Positions 61,240 to 64,000 of a stretch of DNA of 64,000 nucleotides are shown piece by piece. Numbering within the stretch: the first letter of the stretch is position 1; each line of letters starts with the position of its first letter. The notes beneath the pieces are model-generated. The model saw only the letters and a list, made by a program, of their open reading frames with translations, made no database searches and was not told the DNA's origin. The position numbers and the translations under genes were made by a program. The stretch spans positions 576,001 to 640,000 of the forward strand of contig CAVRBU010000004.1 in the NCBI GenBank assembly GCA_963719315.1, written 5' to 3'. The stretch comes from an uncultured Planctomycetota bacterium (GTDB lineage Bacteria > Planctomycetota > Planctomycetia > Pirellulales > Lacipirellulaceae).

Positions 61240-63932
61240 ATGCGGATCAGGAAGAGCAAACGAGTTTCATTGGCGAGTCTAACGGTCGTTGTATTGGCTT
61301 TGGCCGCGCTGTCGAGCACGGACCGGTCTGCGCTGCGCAGTGCGCCTTGGGAATTGACGTATCCGCATATCAAGGCAATATTTCGGCGGGCAACTGGACT
61401 ACGCTCCACACGACCAATAATAGGGATTTCGTTTTTATCCGCTCCAGCCGCGGCGGCACGACGGGCGAAGATCACCGGCAAGGCGGTTACCCGTCGGGGA
61501 ACAACACGTATTACAATCTTTCGGAGCGGTACGACGACCCCTACTTCGTGCAGAACATCAATCGCGCTACCGCGGCCGGGTTGTTTGCCGGGTCGTATCA
61601 TTTCTCGCGACCCGATGTCATCGCGAGCACGCCGAACTCGGGCGGCATCCCGAACAACGGCACCGACGAGGCCAATCACTTTATCCAAATGGCCGGCGCG
61701 TTCATGCGTCCCGGCTATTTGCCGCCGGTGCACGACTTCGAGGCGGGAGACGGCCTGCGGACCGACGACGAAATGGCGCAGTTCTGCATCGACTTTTCCA
61801 ACCGCATCTACGAAGTGATGGGCATCCGGCCTGCGATATACTCGAATGGGAATTACGCCGCCTACGTTATCGGCGAAGCTTCGGCTTCGCTGCAAAATGA
61901 GGTGGTGTCCGATTATCCGACATTGTGGAGCGCCCGCTGGCCGAACCAAGGCGATCCGAATTATATCCCCGCACCGACGGAGAATCCGAGCGATTCGTTT
62001 GCGCCGATTTACGGTCCGTGGGACGACGCTCCCAACCCCGCCCAACCGTGGAGTTTCTGGCAATACTCCAGCAGGCAGCGGCTCAGTGGATATGCCAACG
62101 GCGGCGCCAACATCGATGCCGACATCGCCAATGGCGGCATCGAATTCGTCAAAAACAATCTGATCCCCGCGTTGTGGATGAACGACAGTAGCGGCGATTG
62201 GAGTACGCTCGCCAATTGGAACAGCGGCCAGACACCCATCGCGCCCGTGAGTAGCCCGGGGCAACTGACGCCCATCGGAACGCAGACGCTTCCCACGCCG
62301 CGTCTGCCGGGCGCGGCAGGCAGCGGCCCGACGGCGGGGTCGAACGACACGGTCATCCTGGACCGCCCGAACGCCAATATCACCGTCACGCTCTCCTCTG
62401 GAACGCACAACATCCGCAAACTCTTTGCCCGCGAGGCGCTGAACATCACCGGGGGCTCATTGACGATTAACTATGACCCCGCCGTGGACCCCGCGGCGGG
62501 TCTCATCGCGGCGCAGTTCTCCGCGGCCGTCTCGCTCAGCGGCACGGGCAACTTGAGTGTGAATTCGTTGCAGGTGGACAACTCGCGGACCTTCACTCTC
62601 GGCGGCGGCACGCTGACGTTCAAGCAAATAAACCTCATGCCGCACAGCACGACGCCGGCAAAGATCGCCGTGACCGGCGACGTGAATATCAACCCATTGA
62701 GTAACGGCACGGCAACGATCGCCAATGGGAGCGGCGCGGGGAACACGGGCTTCGTAGACCTCGGCGGCGGCATTCGTGGATTTAACATCGGCAACGGCGG
62801 CGCGGATGTCGATTTGGATGTGGCCGTGCCGATCACCAATGGCGGCCTCACCAAGAGCGGCGCGGGCACGATGCGGCTCAGCGGCAACAACACGTTCTCG
62901 GGCGCCGTCACCATCAATGGCGGCGTGCTCCGCTACAACCATTCGTCCGGATTGCAAGCCTCGACGCTCGTCACCGTCAACAACGGCGGCACGCTGGATA
63001 TGAACGGCATCACCGATACGATTTCCGCCCTGGCCAGCGCGGCGGGCAACACGACGGGAACGGTTACGCAGGGCGCCGCCAGCATGGCGCTCTCCGCGAA
63101 CAGCGGCGCCTTCGATTTCGGCGGTACGATCACTGGCTCGGGCACACTCACCAAGAGCGGAGCGGCCACCCAAATTCTATCGGGCAACAGCAGTCTCGGA
63201 CCCGTCAACATCACCGCCGGCAAAATGCTCTTCAACGGGGCGAGTACCACCGGCAACGTCACCGTGAGCACAAATGGAATTCTCGGAGGGACGGGCTCGG
63301 TGTCGGGAACCGTCATCGTCAATAACACGGGGCACATTGCTCCCGGTGCGAGCATCGAATCGCTTGGCGTTGGCGCGCTGACGCTCAACACCGGCTCGGT
63401 GCTCGACTTCGAGCTCGGAGCCGGCGGCGCGATCGATCTGATCAACGTCACCGGCCTGCTCAACATCGCCGGCAGCAGCACCGTGAACCTGGCTGATTTG
63501 GGCGGCATGGCGCCCGGCTTATACACGCTCATCGATTACGGAACGATTAGCGGCGGCGTGGCCAGTTTGGGCACGCCCTCCGGACCGAGCAACTTCAAGT
63601 ACGGCTTGATTGATACGGGAAGCGCGATCAACCTGCTGGTCTCGCTGTTCGGCGATTTCAACTTCGATAACAAGGTCGATGGGGCCGACTATGCCGTGTG
63701 GCGCAATGGTTTGGGCACGACCTATACCCAAACAGACTACAACGACTGGCGAGCCCATTTTGGGGAGGTTGCCGGTAGCGGTTCGGCACTGGGGTCGGGC
63801 GCGGTTCCCGAACCGGCGACGGCCATCCTGTTACTCGGCGGATTGCTCCCGTTCGTGGCCCGGCGACGTCATCGGCTCGAACGCCCGATCGCGGCGACCC
63901 CCTGCGGCACGCATTCACCAATTGCGCAATAA
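61240..63932 (+). CDS. GH25 lysozyme + autotransporter-type beta repeats + dockerin-like + PEP-CTERM, frameshift near 61336
   Basis: Signal peptide in the 61240 frame; GIDVSAYQG, GSYHFSRP, HDFE, FWQYS; LTKSGAGT.L.G.NTFSG repeats; VPEP-TM-RRR. Confidence 0.88.
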
Positions 63933-64000
63933 CGCGAGCAAGCTGCGCAGTCGCCCCTGCAACTTTCCTGGCGACTGAGTTATCCTAAGCAATACGGGCC

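Overview
GC-rich bacterial DNA, most likely a planctomycete of the Pirellulales (Lacipirellulaceae-like). This rests on DUF1559 pilin-like genes, many PEP-CTERM proteins with dockerin-like GDYNxxGxVDAADY modules, very large TolC lipoproteins and an N-terminal LEPRxxL protein. In order, the window holds: partial sodC; a MarR-led TolC/MFP/ABC (MacAB-like) operon with accessory genes inside and behind it; pstSCAB-phoU-phoB; a ClC-CBS channel; a beta-propeller phosphoesterase; DUF885; a lamin-tail PEP-CTERM gene; a small toxin-antitoxin islet; phoR; an ATPase-less TolC + three-adaptor cluster containing an M50-type membrane protease; an ISKra4-like element; a secreted amidase; and an ~18 kb array of PEP-CTERM, DUF1559 and lipoprotein genes ending in a GH25 muramidase. 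About a dozen genes carry 1-2 nt frameshifts, mostly in short base runs or GC repeats, which look like read or assembly errors. No rRNA, tRNA or CRISPR array was seen. The main leads are: (1) periodic 7-8-mer inverted arms between coupled genes, one set enclosing a four-helix-bundle gene, others empty, and a similar pair in frame inside PhoR; (2) the ATPase-less TolC/MFP/M50 system near a LEPR-leader protein; (3) repeated PEP-CTERM/DUF1559/lipoprotein triads with matching promoters; (4) several nested miniature TIR elements carrying REP-like hairpin cores. All family calls come from motifs read by eye; no searches were run.
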